A DNA stretch of 64,000 nucleotides from an uncultured bacterium (lineage in GTDB: Bacteria; DUMJ01), in the NCBI GenBank assembly GCA_937958695.1, contig CALGNK010000003.1, positions 1,912 through 65,911 on the forward strand, written 5' to 3'. This document shows positions 38,704 to 49,496 of this stretch, one piece after another. The notes under the pieces were generated by a model. The model made no database searches, was not told the DNA's origin, and saw nothing but the letters and a program-made list of their open reading frames with translations. How positions within the stretch are numbered: the stretch's first letter is position 1; each line of letters begins with the position of its first letter. The position numbers and the translations under genes were made by a program.

Positions 38704-41205
38704 ATGATAAAAGGGATGATATTAGGGGCAGGAGAGGGAACAAGGCTAAGACCTCTTACTTCAAACCATCCAAAGCCAATGGTGCCTGTTTTAAATAGAC
38801 CTATCATGGAACATATCATAAGGCTATTAAAAAAGCACAATATAACAGAGCTTTGGTGTAATCTCTATTATCTTCCTGATGAGATACAGAACTACTTTGG
38901 AGACGGGTCCAGTTTAGGCGTTCATATCTCCTTTAAGCTAGAAGAAAAACTGCCTGGAACTGCTGGAGGAGTAAAAAATTTAGAGGAATATTTTGATGAT
39001 ACCTTTATAGTTATAAGTGGGGATGCTATTACAGATATAGACTTAACCTCTGCTATAAATTTTCATAAAGAGAAAGGTGCCATAGCGACAATAATACTAG
39101 CCCATGTAGAAAATCCTCTAGAGTTTGGAGTAGTTATTACCGATGAAGAAGGACGTATAGAGAAGTTCTTAGAGAAGCCTGGATGGAGCGAAGTTTTTAG
39201 TGATACGGTTAATACCGGTATATACATCTTGGAACCAAAGGTCTTTGATTTTATCCCTCAAGGAAAGGATTTTGACTTTAGTAAGGACCTATTTCCTCTA
39301 TTATTAGAAGATAGACAACCCTTATATGGGTTTATAGCTCATGGATATTGGTGTGATGTAGGGAACGTAGAAAGTTATATGAAGGTTCACTATGATGCCT
39401 TATCAGGAAAGGTAAAACTTGATATCCCTGGACAAGAGATAGCACCAGGGGTATGGGTAGGAAAAGGAGTAAGTATATCATCTAACGCAATTATAAAGGG
39501 ACCGGTATTAATAGGTGATAACGTTCAGATAAAAGATACAGCAAGAATAATGGAATTTTCTGTTATAGGCGACAATACACTAATAGATACTAATGCCTTA
39601 TTGCTTAGAAGTATAGTATGGGCTAACTCTTACATAGGAGAATCATCTACTATTACTAACGCAATAATAGGTAAGAAAGTCATTATAAAGGGTAGAGTTA
39701 GAGTTGGGGAGAATGCGGTAGTATCTGATGAGTGTTTTGTGGATGAAGGAACCCTTATAAAGCCTGGAGTAAAGGTATGGCCCTCAAAGAGTATAGAAAA
39801 GGGGACGGTGCTCTCTTCAAGTCTTGTTTGGGGAACCGGATGGAGAAAACTATACTTTTCTAATGGGACTATATTTGGCTTAGCTAATGTAGAGATAAAT
39901 CCTGAATTCGCAGCCAAATTAGGGACTGCCTTTGGAGGCATATTAGAAAAAGGGTCGGAGGTAGTTTCTAGTAGGGATGCGAATAGGTCTTCTAGAATGA
40001 TAAAAAGGGCTATAGTATCTGGTATTGCAAGTGCAGGTGTCAACGTAGTAGACCTACAGACAACACCTCCACCGGTAGCTCATTATTTTGCTAGAACAGA
40101 AGGACTCTCAGGAGGGGTTCAAGTTTCCACATCTCCATTTGACCCTAGAAGTGTGGACATAAAGTTCTTTGATAGTTTAGGGATAACTATTAATAGAGAT
40201 ACAGAGCGAAAAATAGAAACACTATTTGTAAGGGAAGATGCAAGAAGAACGTATCTATACGACATTGGAGAGATAAGATATGCGCCTAGGGCTATTGAGT
40301 CTTATATAGCGGGATTCTTATCAAAGATAAATATAGATGCAATAAAAAGTGTTGGGAAAAAGGTGGTAATAGACTATAGTTTTGGAACAACCAGTATGGT
40401 ACTTCCATCAATACTTGGAAGGTTGGGATGCGAAGTCGTATCAATAAATGCATTTATAGATGAAAGGAAGTTAGCAAAAACACGGGAGGAGTTTCAGTTC
40501 AGTATAAATCAATTATCTCAGATAGTTACAACACTAAGAGCAGATCTAGGTATACTGATAGATAGTCAGGGGGAAAAGATATTTGTCTTAGATGAAAAGG
40601 GTTCTTTAATCTCAGATGAAGACTTAGCTTATATCCTTGCATTTTTAGCAATCAGAACTCAAGCTAAAAAAGACGTAGCATTTCCCATCTATATGCCAAG
40701 GGTCTTTGAAGAGGGGCTAAAACATTATGGTGGGAATATTGTATGGACCAAATCTTCTGATAGAGCTATAATGGAGGCTTCAACTAGAGATCATATAGTA
40801 TTTGCTGGTGATGGAAGAGGAGGAGCCATATTTCCACAATTTCAGTTTACCTATGACGGAATGTTTGGATTTGTCAAACTACTAGAGTTTCTTGCCAAAG
40901 AAAACATACCACTCTCACAGTTAAGGGATTTGGTTCCTCCATACTCACTTGTAAAATCTAAAGTTAACTGCCCTTGGGAACATAAAGGAAGAGTAATGAG
41001 AGAATTATTGGAGAAAAAATATACTAACGAGGTAGATTATACCGAAGGAATAAGGGTCCTAACAGACGATGGATGGTTTCTAGTTCTCTCAGACCCAAAT
41101 CGTCCTGAGTTTCACATATACGCAGAAGGAAAGGCTATAAGGCAGGCTGAAAGATTAGCGCAAGAAGCGGTAGAGATGGTAAATAGCGTAATACCTAAAG
41201 AATAA
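38704..41205 (+). CDS. bifunctional sugar-1-phosphate nucleotidyltransferase / phosphomannomutase-phosphoglucomutase fusion (GDP-mannose-pathway-like)
   Basis: N-terminal GMILGAGEGTRLRPLT nucleotidyltransferase motif, a central left-handed beta-helix (hexapeptide repeats), and C-terminal PGM/PMM alpha/beta/alpha domains; 833 aa. Confidence 0.75.
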   Translation: MIKGMILGAGEGTRLRPLTSNHPKPMVPVLNRPIMEHIIRLLKKHNITELWCNLYYLPDEIQNYFGDGSSLGVHISFKLEEKLPGTAGGVKNLEEYFDDTFIVISGDAITDIDLTSAINFHKEKGAIATIILAHVENPLEFGVVITDEEGRIEKFLEKPGWSEVFSDTVNTGIYILEPKVFDFIPQGKDFDFSKDLFPLLLEDRQPLYGFIAHGYWCDVGNVESYMKVHYDALSGKVKLDIPGQEIAPGVWVGKGVSISSNAIIKGPVLIGDNVQIKDTARIMEFSVIGDNTLIDTNALLLRSIVWANSYIGESSTITNAIIGKKVIIKGRVRVGENAVVSDECFVDEGTLIKPGVKVWPSKSIEKGTVLSSSLVWGTGWRKLYFSNGTIFGLANVEINPEFAAKLGTAFGGILEKGSEVVSSRDANRSSRMIKRAIVSGIASAGVNVVDLQTTPPPVAHYFARTEGLSGGVQVSTSPFDPRSVDIKFFDSLGITINRDTERKIETLFVREDARRTYLYDIGEIRYAPRAIESYIAGFLSKINIDAIKSVGKKVVIDYSFGTTSMVLPSILGRLGCEVVSINAFIDERKLAKTREEFQFSINQLSQIVTTLRADLGILIDSQGEKIFVLDEKGSLISDEDLAYILAFLAIRTQAKKDVAFPIYMPRVFEEGLKHYGGNIVWTKSSDRAIMEASTRDHIVFAGDGRGGAIFPQFQFTYDGMFGFVKLLEFLAKENIPLSQLRDLVPPYSLVKSKVNCPWEHKGRVMRELLEKKYTNEVDYTEGIRVLTDDGWFLVLSDPNRPEFHIYAEGKAIRQAERLAQEAVEMVNSVIPKE

Positions 41206-41207
41206 TA

Positions 41208-41732
41208 TTAAACTAACTTAACCGTCTTTATGGGGGTGTATACAGGCCCTGTAGAAAATAGTTGACTTTGCATTAATGTAATAGAATCTACAATAAATGA
41301 GTATGGACCAAATTCTTTACCCTTAGGAAGCTTCTTTAAACTCTTTTTTACTCTCCCCAAAGTGATATGTGGGGAAAATAGTTTATCTGCAGGCTGAAAT
41401 CCCTCTCGCAATAGAGAGCCTTCTATCGCATAGGCGACATTCTTTAAGGTCTCGCTTCCTTCTCCTATGCCAACCCATAATACATGAGGGAAGCTTCCTA
41501 TACCCTTTAATTCTACCTTAAATGGAGAGAACTTATTCCCTACATCATCCAAAATCTCTTCCAACTTTGAAATTTTATCTTCCTCTACCTCTCCTATAAA
41601 CCTAATGGTTATGTGGAAATTCTCCTTCTCAACCCATTTTACATCAGAGATGCTACATTTCAAAGAATTGACAAGCTTATATAACTCTTCTCTTATATCC
41701 TCCGGTAATTCAACTGCTATAAAGACTCTCAT
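41208..41732 (-). CDS. thpR: RNA 2',3'-cyclic phosphodiesterase (2H phosphoesterase, LigT/ThpR)
   Basis: Two H-x-T-x motifs (HITIRFIG and HITLGRV). The ATG at 41732 (MRVFIAVELP) is preferred and overlaps the cinA stop in an ATGA. Confidence 0.75.
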   Translation of the reverse strand: MRVFIAVELPEDIREELYKLVNSLKCSISDVKWVEKENFHITIRFIGEVEEDKISKLEEILDDVGNKFSPFKVELKGIGSFPHVLWVGIGEGSETLKNVAYAIEGSLLREGFQPADKLFSPHITLGRVKKSLKKLPKGKEFGPYSFIVDSITLMQSQLFSTGPVYTPIKTVKLV

Positions 41733-42922
41733 ATAGATCTCCTCAACATATCTAAAGCCCATTGAACAGCCAAGAATCTAATCCTAGATCTGTCTCCTTC
41801 TAGTTGAAAATCCCTACAGATAGCATTATTATCCTTTACTATCCCAATACAAATGTACCCAATAGGTCTATCGGTATCTCCAGCGGTTGGCCCTGCATTT
41901 CCAGTGATACCTATACCTATATCTGCAGAGAGCTTTTCCTTGGCTATTCTAGCAAGACTTTCAGCCATTTCTAAACTTACTTCACCTGCATCAAATATAT
42001 AAGGAGGGATACCTAGAGTCCTTTTAGCCCAATGAGAGTAAGGAACAAACCCGCCTTTAAAAACTTTGGAACTACCAGGAATACTAGTTATTCTTTCTGA
42101 CAATAAACCTCCCGTACATGATTCTGCGATAGCCAATGTAAGAGAGTTCTCCACTAGTTTTTTTACTACAACTTCTACTAAAGTTTCATCTCTATCGGTA
42201 AATATATAATCCCCTAATCTTTCTTTTACTCTTTCAAAAAGTTCCCTTGCATTTTCTCCTTTTATGAAAAGCTTTATCTCTAAAGGCTCTCCTATAAGAA
42301 TATCAACGCTTGATTGATTTTCTTTTATAATATCCAAGATCTTAGATTCAACCATAGATTCTCCAAGTCCAAAGACTCTTAATGTAAAGTAAGGTATATT
42401 CTGTAGATAGAGAACTTCTAACCTTTTTTTAATAGTATTTTCCCAGATATCCCTAGCCTCTCTAGGAACTCCAGGTAGAACAACTATATCCTTTCCATTA
42501 TGTTTAATCCAGAATCCAGGGGCAACCCCCACATTGTTTCTTAAAACTTCTCCTCCTTTAGGGATAAATGCCTCCTTAGTCGAACCTGGACCTAATGGCC
42601 TATTCCTCATAGAGAAATAGTATTTGACATTTTCAAAAGCCTCCTCAGAGAATACTAATGGTAGACCAGTAAAGAGAGATACTGCTTCTCTAGTCAGGTC
42701 ATCATGTGTGGGACCTAAACCTCCAGTAATCAATATAAAGTTTGCTTCTTTTGTTGCAAATCTTAGACTGTCTACAATATCAGCTATACTATCTCCAACG
42801 TTGAGCATACCCTTTACTTTTATACCAAGTTTAACAAGGTCTTGGGCTATAAATACCGCATTGGTATTTACTGTAGCTCCTCTTAAAAGCTCATTCCCTA
42901 CTCCTATAATATAGGCTTCCAT
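41729..42922 (-). CDS. cinA: competence/damage-inducible protein CinA (MoCF-binding plus nicotinamide-nucleotide amidase domains)
   Basis: N-terminal MEAYIIGVGNELLRG MoCF-binding domain and the C-terminal CinA domain, 397 aa. Confidence 0.85.
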   Translation of the reverse strand: MEAYIIGVGNELLRGATVNTNAVFIAQDLVKLGIKVKGMLNVGDSIADIVDSLRFATKEANFILITGGLGPTHDDLTREAVSLFTGLPLVFSEEAFENVKYYFSMRNRPLGPGSTKEAFIPKGGEVLRNNVGVAPGFWIKHNGKDIVVLPGVPREARDIWENTIKKRLEVLYLQNIPYFTLRVFGLGESMVESKILDIIKENQSSVDILIGEPLEIKLFIKGENARELFERVKERLGDYIFTDRDETLVEVVVKKLVENSLTLAIAESCTGGLLSERITSIPGSSKVFKGGFVPYSHWAKRTLGIPPYIFDAGEVSLEMAESLARIAKEKLSADIGIGITGNAGPTAGDTDRPIGYICIGIVKDNNAICRDFQLEGDRSRIRFLAVQWALDMLRRSI

Positions 42923-42926
42923 AGTA

Positions 42927-44234
42927 CTAATCCCTCCAGATTCTTCCCCAAAAATCGTATCCTTCTACTTTTTCTATAGTAATTTCTACAAACTTACCTA
43001 GTATATCTTCTTTACTCTTTATAAAGACTCTAGAATCAATCTCAGGGGCATCCATATATGTCCTTCCTATAAATATACTACAATCATCTATAGTTCTATC
43101 AAGTTTATTTTCAACTAAAACTCTAAATCTTTTCCCTATAAGACTCCTATGAAAATCTAATGTAATTTTCTCTTGCAAAACTTGAGCTTTTTTCATCCTA
43201 AATCTCTTAACTCTTTCTGGTATAGGGTCTCCAAGTTCATAAGCAGGTGTCCCCTCTTCTTGTGAATAGGCAAAGAATCCTACCCTATGTATTCTTGTTC
43301 TATCAAGAAATTCCAGAAGATTTTCAAAAGCATTTTGTGTTTCAGTAGGGTATCCTATAATAAAAGAACTCCTTATAATTACATCTGGAATTTCCCTAAC
43401 CAGTCTTATGGCCTTCTCTGCAACTTCTCTATTTGGTCTGCCCATACTTGTAAGAACAGAGTTATCGATATGCTGTAGAGGTATATCAACATACTTTACA
43501 ATCTTATCTAGATTACATATGGCGGTTACTAAGTTTTCATCAACTCTACTTGGATATAGATACATTAGCCTTATCCAAAAATCTCCACTCATATGGTTTA
43601 AATCCTTCAAAAGGTCAACAAGATTATAATCCTTATACTTATAACTAGTTAAATCTTGAGCCACTAAGACAATTTCTTTACTTCCTTTAGCCAAAGCTCC
43701 TTCTGCTTCCCTAAGAATCTCTTCCGGATCTCTCACTTGCAAATTACCCCTTATCAAAGGTATGGCGCAATATCTGCATCTATTGTTACATCCATCAGCA
43801 ATCTTGAGATAGTATACTAAAGAGGGTTTCTCTACCTTAAATTTTAAGAGGTCATTCAAATTACCATCTTTCATAAATCTATTCCCATTTAAAACTCTAT
43901 TAACAATATCAGGGAATTCTCTTATATTACCAAGACCTATAACCGCATCTACCTCTGGGAATTCATCAAAAAGCTCTTCTAAATATCTCTGTGCTAAACA
44001 ACCGGTAATAATAAATCTTACTCCGGTCTTCTTTTTTCGATCTATAAATCTTAATATATAATTTATAGCCTCTTCCTTAGCAGTTTTAATAAAACCACAG
44101 GTATTTAGAATAATAATATCAGCCTTATTTATGTCTTCTACAACATCAAAACTAGATTCCTTTAATACTGTAGCTATACCAGAGGAATCAACTTCATTCT
44201 TGAAACAGCCTAAAGTATGTATATAGACCTTCAT
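42927..44234 (-). CDS. rimO: MiaB-family radical-SAM methylthiotransferase, most like ribosomal protein S12 methylthiotransferase RimO
   Basis: N-terminal LGCFKNEVDSS (MTTase N-terminal domain), radical-SAM CNNRCRYC, and a C-terminal TRAM-like region. Confidence 0.7.
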   Translation of the reverse strand: MKVYIHTLGCFKNEVDSSGIATVLKESSFDVVEDINKADIIILNTCGFIKTAKEEAINYILRFIDRKKKTGVRFIITGCLAQRYLEELFDEFPEVDAVIGLGNIREFPDIVNRVLNGNRFMKDGNLNDLLKFKVEKPSLVYYLKIADGCNNRCRYCAIPLIRGNLQVRDPEEILREAEGALAKGSKEIVLVAQDLTSYKYKDYNLVDLLKDLNHMSGDFWIRLMYLYPSRVDENLVTAICNLDKIVKYVDIPLQHIDNSVLTSMGRPNREVAEKAIRLVREIPDVIIRSSFIIGYPTETQNAFENLLEFLDRTRIHRVGFFAYSQEEGTPAYELGDPIPERVKRFRMKKAQVLQEKITLDFHRSLIGKRFRVLVENKLDRTIDDCSIFIGRTYMDAPEIDSRVFIKSKEDILGKFVEITIEKVEGYDFWGRIWRD

Positions 44235-45007
44235 TCTGGCAAAAATTCTCTTTCTAGCACCTCACCCTTCTTACCTAAAATGCCTAAATCTTTCCCATTC
44301 ACTGTAATACTAATACCACCTGCATTACCAGTTCTAACGATTATTTTTTCTTTTCCTTTCCAAGAATAGAAATCTCCATTATTTAAGAATCCCTCGAATA
44401 CCTTATTCCCATCTACTATAACCCTAAGCCAAGAATAGTCTAAGCCCTTTATCTCTACGGATACCTCTCTCTTCTCTGGTATCACCTGAGCTGGGGTCTC
44501 CTTAATAGTAACCTTTTCTTCTTTAGGTTTGGGTTCTTCTGAGACCAGTTTTTCAAGAGGCTGAAGTTCTTCTTTAGTAGGTTTTTCTATCTGTTGCGAT
44601 ATTTCTACCCTATTACGTGTCTCCCGCCTTACAATAAAACCTAAAGGTCCCTGGCGAAAGGCTATAAGGAATATAAATACAATAATGATAACTATTATAA
44701 TAATAAGAAGGAATAGAGGCTTTAGCTTTCTAATATCCCTTTTTTCCTCTTCTTCTAAATTGCCAGCTAATCTTAATTCCTCATCTAGAATGGTGGATAG
44801 TTTATTGTAATCAAGATTAAGTAGAGATGCGTATATCTTTAAAAAACCACGAATATATACAGGCTCTTGTAACTCCTTATAATCACCGTTTTCCAAAGCC
44901 AATATCGTACTTTTCTTCAATTTAGTAGCCTTAGCAGCTTCTTCTATGCTAAGGTTAAGACTTTCCCTTCTTTCTCTCAGTATTTCTCCTAATTTTCTCT
45001 CACTCAC
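44231..45007 (-). CDS. rodZ: RodZ-like cytoskeleton protein (XRE-type HTH, one TM helix, C-terminal DUF4115-like domain)
   Basis: N-terminal HTH LGEILRERRESLNLSIEEAAKATKLKKSTILALE, a poly-Ile transmembrane segment, and a C-terminal beta-rich domain. GTG start. Confidence 0.6.
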   Translation of the reverse strand: MSERKLGEILRERRESLNLSIEEAAKATKLKKSTILALENGDYKELQEPVYIRGFLKIYASLLNLDYNKLSTILDEELRLAGNLEEEEKRDIRKLKPLFLLIIIIVIIIVFIFLIAFRQGPLGFIVRRETRNRVEISQQIEKPTKEELQPLEKLVSEEPKPKEEKVTIKETPAQVIPEKREVSVEIKGLDYSWLRVIVDGNKVFEGFLNNGDFYSWKGKEKIIVRTGNAGGISITVNGKDLGILGKKGEVLEREFLPE

Positions 45008-45894
45008 TTTTCAAAAGGTATTCCATCGTAAGCTGGAGCCACTGCCCTCCCCACTACTCCTACTAATACACACATAGTAACTATATAAGGTATCATCTGA
45101 ATAAACTGAGTAGGTATACCAAAACCTTCTAATCTCATTCTGAAGGCTTCGGCTAGACCAAAAAGAAAACAGGCAGAGAAAGAGCCTAAAGGAGTCCATC
45201 TACCAAATATCATTCCTGCTAAAGCTATAAAACCCCTCCCGGTAGTCATACCTTCAACAAAGACCCTAGCATGTTCTAGACTTAAGAAAGCTCCACCTAA
45301 TCCCCCAAGGACTCCACTTATAAGCACTCCGCTATATCTCATTTTTATAACATCTACACCGAGGCTATCGGCTGCATAAGGATTTTCTCCACAGGCCCTA
45401 AGCCTTAATCCATATCTAGTCTTAAAAATAACTATCTGACTTATTATAATTACAGCAAACATTATAACTATAAGAGGAGAGATCTGCCAGTTTGTACCGG
45501 GAAAACGCCACTGAACCATTCCCTCTATATGTGGAGAAGAACCAGCTGCTTTAAAGATTAATCTAGACAGGAAAGTGGTAAGTCCTGTAGCCATTATATT
45601 TAGCGCAGTTCCACTTATTATCTGGTTTATTCTAAATGTTATAGAAACTACTGCATGTATAAGGGCAATCAAAAAGCCAAACGACATAGCAGTCAAGAGC
45701 CCAATCCAAGGATTATTAGTAAAATAAGTCCCTACAACTGCCCCAAATGCACCTACTAACATTATACCCTCTAAAGCTATATTTACTACTCCACCACGTT
45801 CGCTAAACACACCACCCAACGAGGCGAAGGTTAATGGAACCGACATCCTTAATGCTGAAATCAAAAGTTCCAGTGATAAGATTCCACTAATCAT
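45004..45894 (-). CDS. ABC transporter permease (BMP/nucleoside-type)
   Basis: Polytopic membrane protein in an operon with the BMP substrate-binding protein and a duplicated ATPase. Confidence 0.75.
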   Translation of the reverse strand: MISGILSLELLISALRMSVPLTFASLGGVFSERGGVVNIALEGIMLVGAFGAVVGTYFTNNPWIGLLTAMSFGFLIALIHAVVSITFRINQIISGTALNIMATGLTTFLSRLIFKAAGSSPHIEGMVQWRFPGTNWQISPLIVIMFAVIIISQIVIFKTRYGLRLRACGENPYAADSLGVDVIKMRYSGVLISGVLGGLGGAFLSLEHARVFVEGMTTGRGFIALAGMIFGRWTPLGSFSACFLFGLAEAFRMRLEGFGIPTQFIQMIPYIVTMCVLVGVVGRAVAPAYDGIPFEK

Positions 45895-46970
45895 TCGCTT
45901 TCCCTCTCTAATCTCTGTAGTAGTCTGAATATAAACTCGTTTCCGATAGCTACAAAGATAATGATTATCGCCTGAATCACACGGATAAGTTCTCTAGGGG
46001 TATTTGTAAAGACATCCATAGCTAGAGCACCTCTATCCAATACGCCAAAGAGTATACTGGCAAATACTATCCCTATAGGGCTACTCTTTCCAAGAAGAGC
46101 TACCGCTATCCCGGTAAAACCAGTTCCTCGAGAAAATCCATCCAAAAATCTATATCTATAACCCATAACATCATTTACACCAGCAAGTCCTCCCAAGGCT
46201 CCACTGAGAAACATAACAAGTATCATAATATAACTGGGATTTATACCACCATATCTACTTGCCTTAGGATTCAACCCTACTGCTTTTATCTCATATCCCC
46301 ATTTTGTTCTTTCTAGAAGATACCAAATCATTATACAGAATACAATCGCTATGAAAAATGTATAATTTAGAGGAACACTAGGAGAAAGATTTATGCCAAG
46401 TTTGTTGAATAGTGGATATACCCTAGGTATGATAGAACCACTAAATAATTCTTTCGTCTGTGGTATAGGATTTATCTGTCCTGGTTCCTTGAAAGGATTA
46501 TTCACTAGATAATTGGTAAGAGCCATCGCTATAAAATTTAACATTATGGTAATTATAACCTCGTGGGCTCCAAAGCGTGCTTTAAGATAACCAGCAATTA
46601 CTCCCCATAAGCCACCAAAAATCATAGCAAATATCAATCCCATAGGAATTCCAATTATAGGATGTACATTAAAGGTTATACCAAACCATGCGCAGGCAAA
46701 AGCCCCTATATATAACTGCCCCTCAACACCTATATTGAAAAGACCTCCTTTAAAGGCTAAGGCAACTGCTAGCCCGCTAAATATAAGTGGGGTAGCATTA
46801 AAGAGTACATAACCCCAACCGTTTATACTAGTTACAGAGTTTATGAGTAATATCTTATATACGTAGAAAGGATTTTCTCCAAGGATATACATAACTATAG
46901 CGCCTACAGAAAATGCTAACAAAACAGCCAAAAAAGGAGCTAATATATTTATTAAAATTCGTCTTATCAT
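45891..46970 (-). CDS. ABC transporter permease (BMP/nucleoside-type)
   Basis: Polytopic membrane protein, 359 aa, in the same operon. Confidence 0.75.
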   Translation of the reverse strand: MIRRILINILAPFLAVLLAFSVGAIVMYILGENPFYVYKILLINSVTSINGWGYVLFNATPLIFSGLAVALAFKGGLFNIGVEGQLYIGAFACAWFGITFNVHPIIGIPMGLIFAMIFGGLWGVIAGYLKARFGAHEVIITIMLNFIAMALTNYLVNNPFKEPGQINPIPQTKELFSGSIIPRVYPLFNKLGINLSPSVPLNYTFFIAIVFCIMIWYLLERTKWGYEIKAVGLNPKASRYGGINPSYIMILVMFLSGALGGLAGVNDVMGYRYRFLDGFSRGTGFTGIAVALLGKSSPIGIVFASILFGVLDRGALAMDVFTNTPRELIRVIQAIIIIFVAIGNEFIFRLLQRLERESE

Positions 46971-46971
46971 A

Positions 46972-48468
46972 TCAGTCTTTCCTTGCCCCTGTCATATATA
47001 ATCCTAATGTTGCTTCATCCACTTCTTTTGGAGAAATTATCCCTACTATCTCACCATTATATATAACTGCTATCCTATCGCTTAGAGTCATTATTTCATC
47101 CAGGTCGGAAGAGTATAAAAGTACTGACATACCTTTTTTTCTTGCAGACAAAAGTAGATTATGAACCATCTCTGTAGCCCCTATATCCAACCCTCTAGTT
47201 GGCTGAGAGGCTATAAGTACTTCTGGTTCAGAGTAAAACTCTCTTCCAAGGATAACCTTCTGTTGATTCCCGCCAGAGAGAAATCTAACATTCTTATCTA
47301 CAGAGGATGTTCTTATATCATAGGCTTTCACTATATTACTCGCAGTTTCCTTTATTACAGGAAGGTTTAATTTTCCTCCTACCGAGTAAGGTTCTTTATA
47401 GTGTCTCCCAAGTATAATATTTTCTGCTACCGTAAAATCCAAAATAAGTCCAGTTGTTTGCCTATCCTCCGGGATAAAACCTATCCCTATCTCTCTCAAA
47501 CTCCTAGGGTCTAGATGTTGAACCTCCCTACCTTTATAAAAGATTTTACCCTTTTCAGGTTTTAATAAACCGGTTATTATTTCTAAAAGTTCTTTCTGGC
47601 CATTACCCTCTATTCCAGCTAATCCTAATATTTCCTTTTTATAGAGGGTTAGATTGATATTCTTTAATCTTGGAGGTAAACTTATACCTTCAAGTCTTAA
47701 GACCTCATCACCACGTTCATAAGCTTCAATCTGCGGAGATTCCAAAGTTTTACCTATCATAAGACGAGCCAAAGTCTCCTCATCAGCTTCCTTTCCTTCT
47801 AACTCACCAACCACCTTGCCTCTCCTCATTACTGTTATCCTATCAGAAATTCTAAGGACCTCTTTAAGCTTATGGGAGATAAATATAATTGTCTTTCCCT
47901 GTCTTTTAAGATTTTCCAAGATCTCAAAGAGTTCTTCTATCTCCTGAGGTATAAGGAGTGCTGTAGGTTCATCCAAAATTAAAATCTCTGCGCCTCGATA
48001 TAAAAGTTTTATCAACTCTACTTTCTGGAGTATCCCTACCGAGAGGTCTTCTACTTTTTCTTCAAGTGGGACAGATAATCCATAAGAATCCATTAATTTT
48101 TTTAATTCTAAGCATATAGAATCTTTATCTAAGACACCTCTTTTTATCACTTCTTTACCTAGTATTATATTTTCCCAAACAGTAAAAGGAGGAACGAGCA
48201 TAAAGTGCTGGTGAACCATCCCTATCCCTAAGCTAATAGCAACAGAAGGGTTAGAGATTTCAACCTTCTTCCCCTTATAAAATATCTCGCCCCTGTCGGG
48301 GCGGATAAGACCATAAATAATGTTCATTAAAGTAGTCTTGCCCGCCCCGTTCTCTCCAATGATAGAATGTATTTCACCCTGCCGAATCTTTATCTCTACA
48401 TTATCATTTGCCAAAACTCCAGGGAAATGCTTTGTTATACCCCTAGTTTCAAGTATATATTCTGCCAT
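46972..48468 (-). CDS. ABC transporter ATP-binding protein with two tandem ATPase domains (sugar/nucleoside type)
   Basis: Walker A GENGAGKTT, a second nucleotide-binding domain, LSGGNQQK signatures, 498 aa. Confidence 0.85.
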   Translation of the reverse strand: MAEYILETRGITKHFPGVLANDNVEIKIRQGEIHSIIGENGAGKTTLMNIIYGLIRPDRGEIFYKGKKVEISNPSVAISLGIGMVHQHFMLVPPFTVWENIILGKEVIKRGVLDKDSICLELKKLMDSYGLSVPLEEKVEDLSVGILQKVELIKLLYRGAEILILDEPTALLIPQEIEELFEILENLKRQGKTIIFISHKLKEVLRISDRITVMRRGKVVGELEGKEADEETLARLMIGKTLESPQIEAYERGDEVLRLEGISLPPRLKNINLTLYKKEILGLAGIEGNGQKELLEIITGLLKPEKGKIFYKGREVQHLDPRSLREIGIGFIPEDRQTTGLILDFTVAENIILGRHYKEPYSVGGKLNLPVIKETASNIVKAYDIRTSSVDKNVRFLSGGNQQKVILGREFYSEPEVLIASQPTRGLDIGATEMVHNLLLSARKKGMSVLLYSSDLDEIMTLSDRIAVIYNGEIVGIISPKEVDEATLGLYMTGARKD

Positions 48469-48469
48469 T

Positions 48470-49456
48470 TTACCTAGATGATGGAACGACTATCCTACCC
48501 GCAATAATGTCTAATCTCAGTTGAGCTACCTTCTTTCTAACAGAATCTGGTATAAGCTTTGCGTTATACTTATCGTAGGCAACCCCTACTCCATCTTCCT
48601 TAAGGCCATACACCTTCACACCACCCGTAAACTTACCCTTTACCAGATCTTCTACAGTCTTATATATAGCAACATCTACCTTCTTTAACATGCTAGTCAA
48701 GACATAACCTGGAGCTATCCAATTTTGATTCGAATCCACCCCAATAGCAAACTTTTTCATCTCCTTAGCAGCCTCTATAACACCCTCTCCAGAGGCACCT
48801 GAGGCGTGATAGACTATATCAGCACCTTGCTTAAACTGAGACATCGCTAACTCTTTACCTTTTACGGGGTCCTTAAAAGCCTCACCGGTAACACCAATAT
48901 AGTTTACCAAAACTTCCGCCTTTGGATTTACATACTTTACTCCAGCCCTGTATCCGACCTCGAATTTATGGATCAATGCCATATCCATTCCACCAACAAA
49001 TCCAACCTTATTTGTCTTAGTCATAAGGCCAGCAATAGCTCCAACCAAGAAGGAACCCTCATGCTCTTGGAATACCAGAGAACGGACATTAGGTAAACCC
49101 TCTATTACGCCATCTACTATAGCAAATTTAGTATTTGGAAATTCCTTCGCCACCTTAGTAAGGGCATCTGTAAATAAGAAACCAACTCCTACTACCAGGT
49201 CATAACCCTGTTCAGCCAAAAGTCTAAGTAACTCTTCTCTATTAGCTCCACCCTCGCCTGGTTCTACATCTTTACCTTCTACTCCTAATCTCTTTATCGC
49301 TTCTTGTAGTCCCCTATATGCTGCATCGTTAAAGCTTTTATCACCCCTTCCACCCACATCATACACTATCCCTACCTTTATTTTAGCGGTATAGCCAAAA
49401 GTGCTAAAAGAAAACAGTAAACTTAAAACCAAAATCCCAATCAAAAACTTCTTCAT
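48470..49456 (-). CDS. BMP-family (basic membrane protein / PnrA-like) substrate-binding lipoprotein, nucleoside-binding type
   Basis: Signal peptide and the Bmp-family conserved N-terminus (KIKVGIVYDVGGRGDKSFND). Confidence 0.8.
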   Translation of the reverse strand: MKKFLIGILVLSLLFSFSTFGYTAKIKVGIVYDVGGRGDKSFNDAAYRGLQEAIKRLGVEGKDVEPGEGGANREELLRLLAEQGYDLVVGVGFLFTDALTKVAKEFPNTKFAIVDGVIEGLPNVRSLVFQEHEGSFLVGAIAGLMTKTNKVGFVGGMDMALIHKFEVGYRAGVKYVNPKAEVLVNYIGVTGEAFKDPVKGKELAMSQFKQGADIVYHASGASGEGVIEAAKEMKKFAIGVDSNQNWIAPGYVLTSMLKKVDVAIYKTVEDLVKGKFTGGVKVYGLKEDGVGVAYDKYNAKLIPDSVRKKVAQLRLDIIAGRIVVPSSR

Positions 49457-49496
49457 AACTGATCCCTCCTATCAAAAATTTTCATTGTTATCATTT

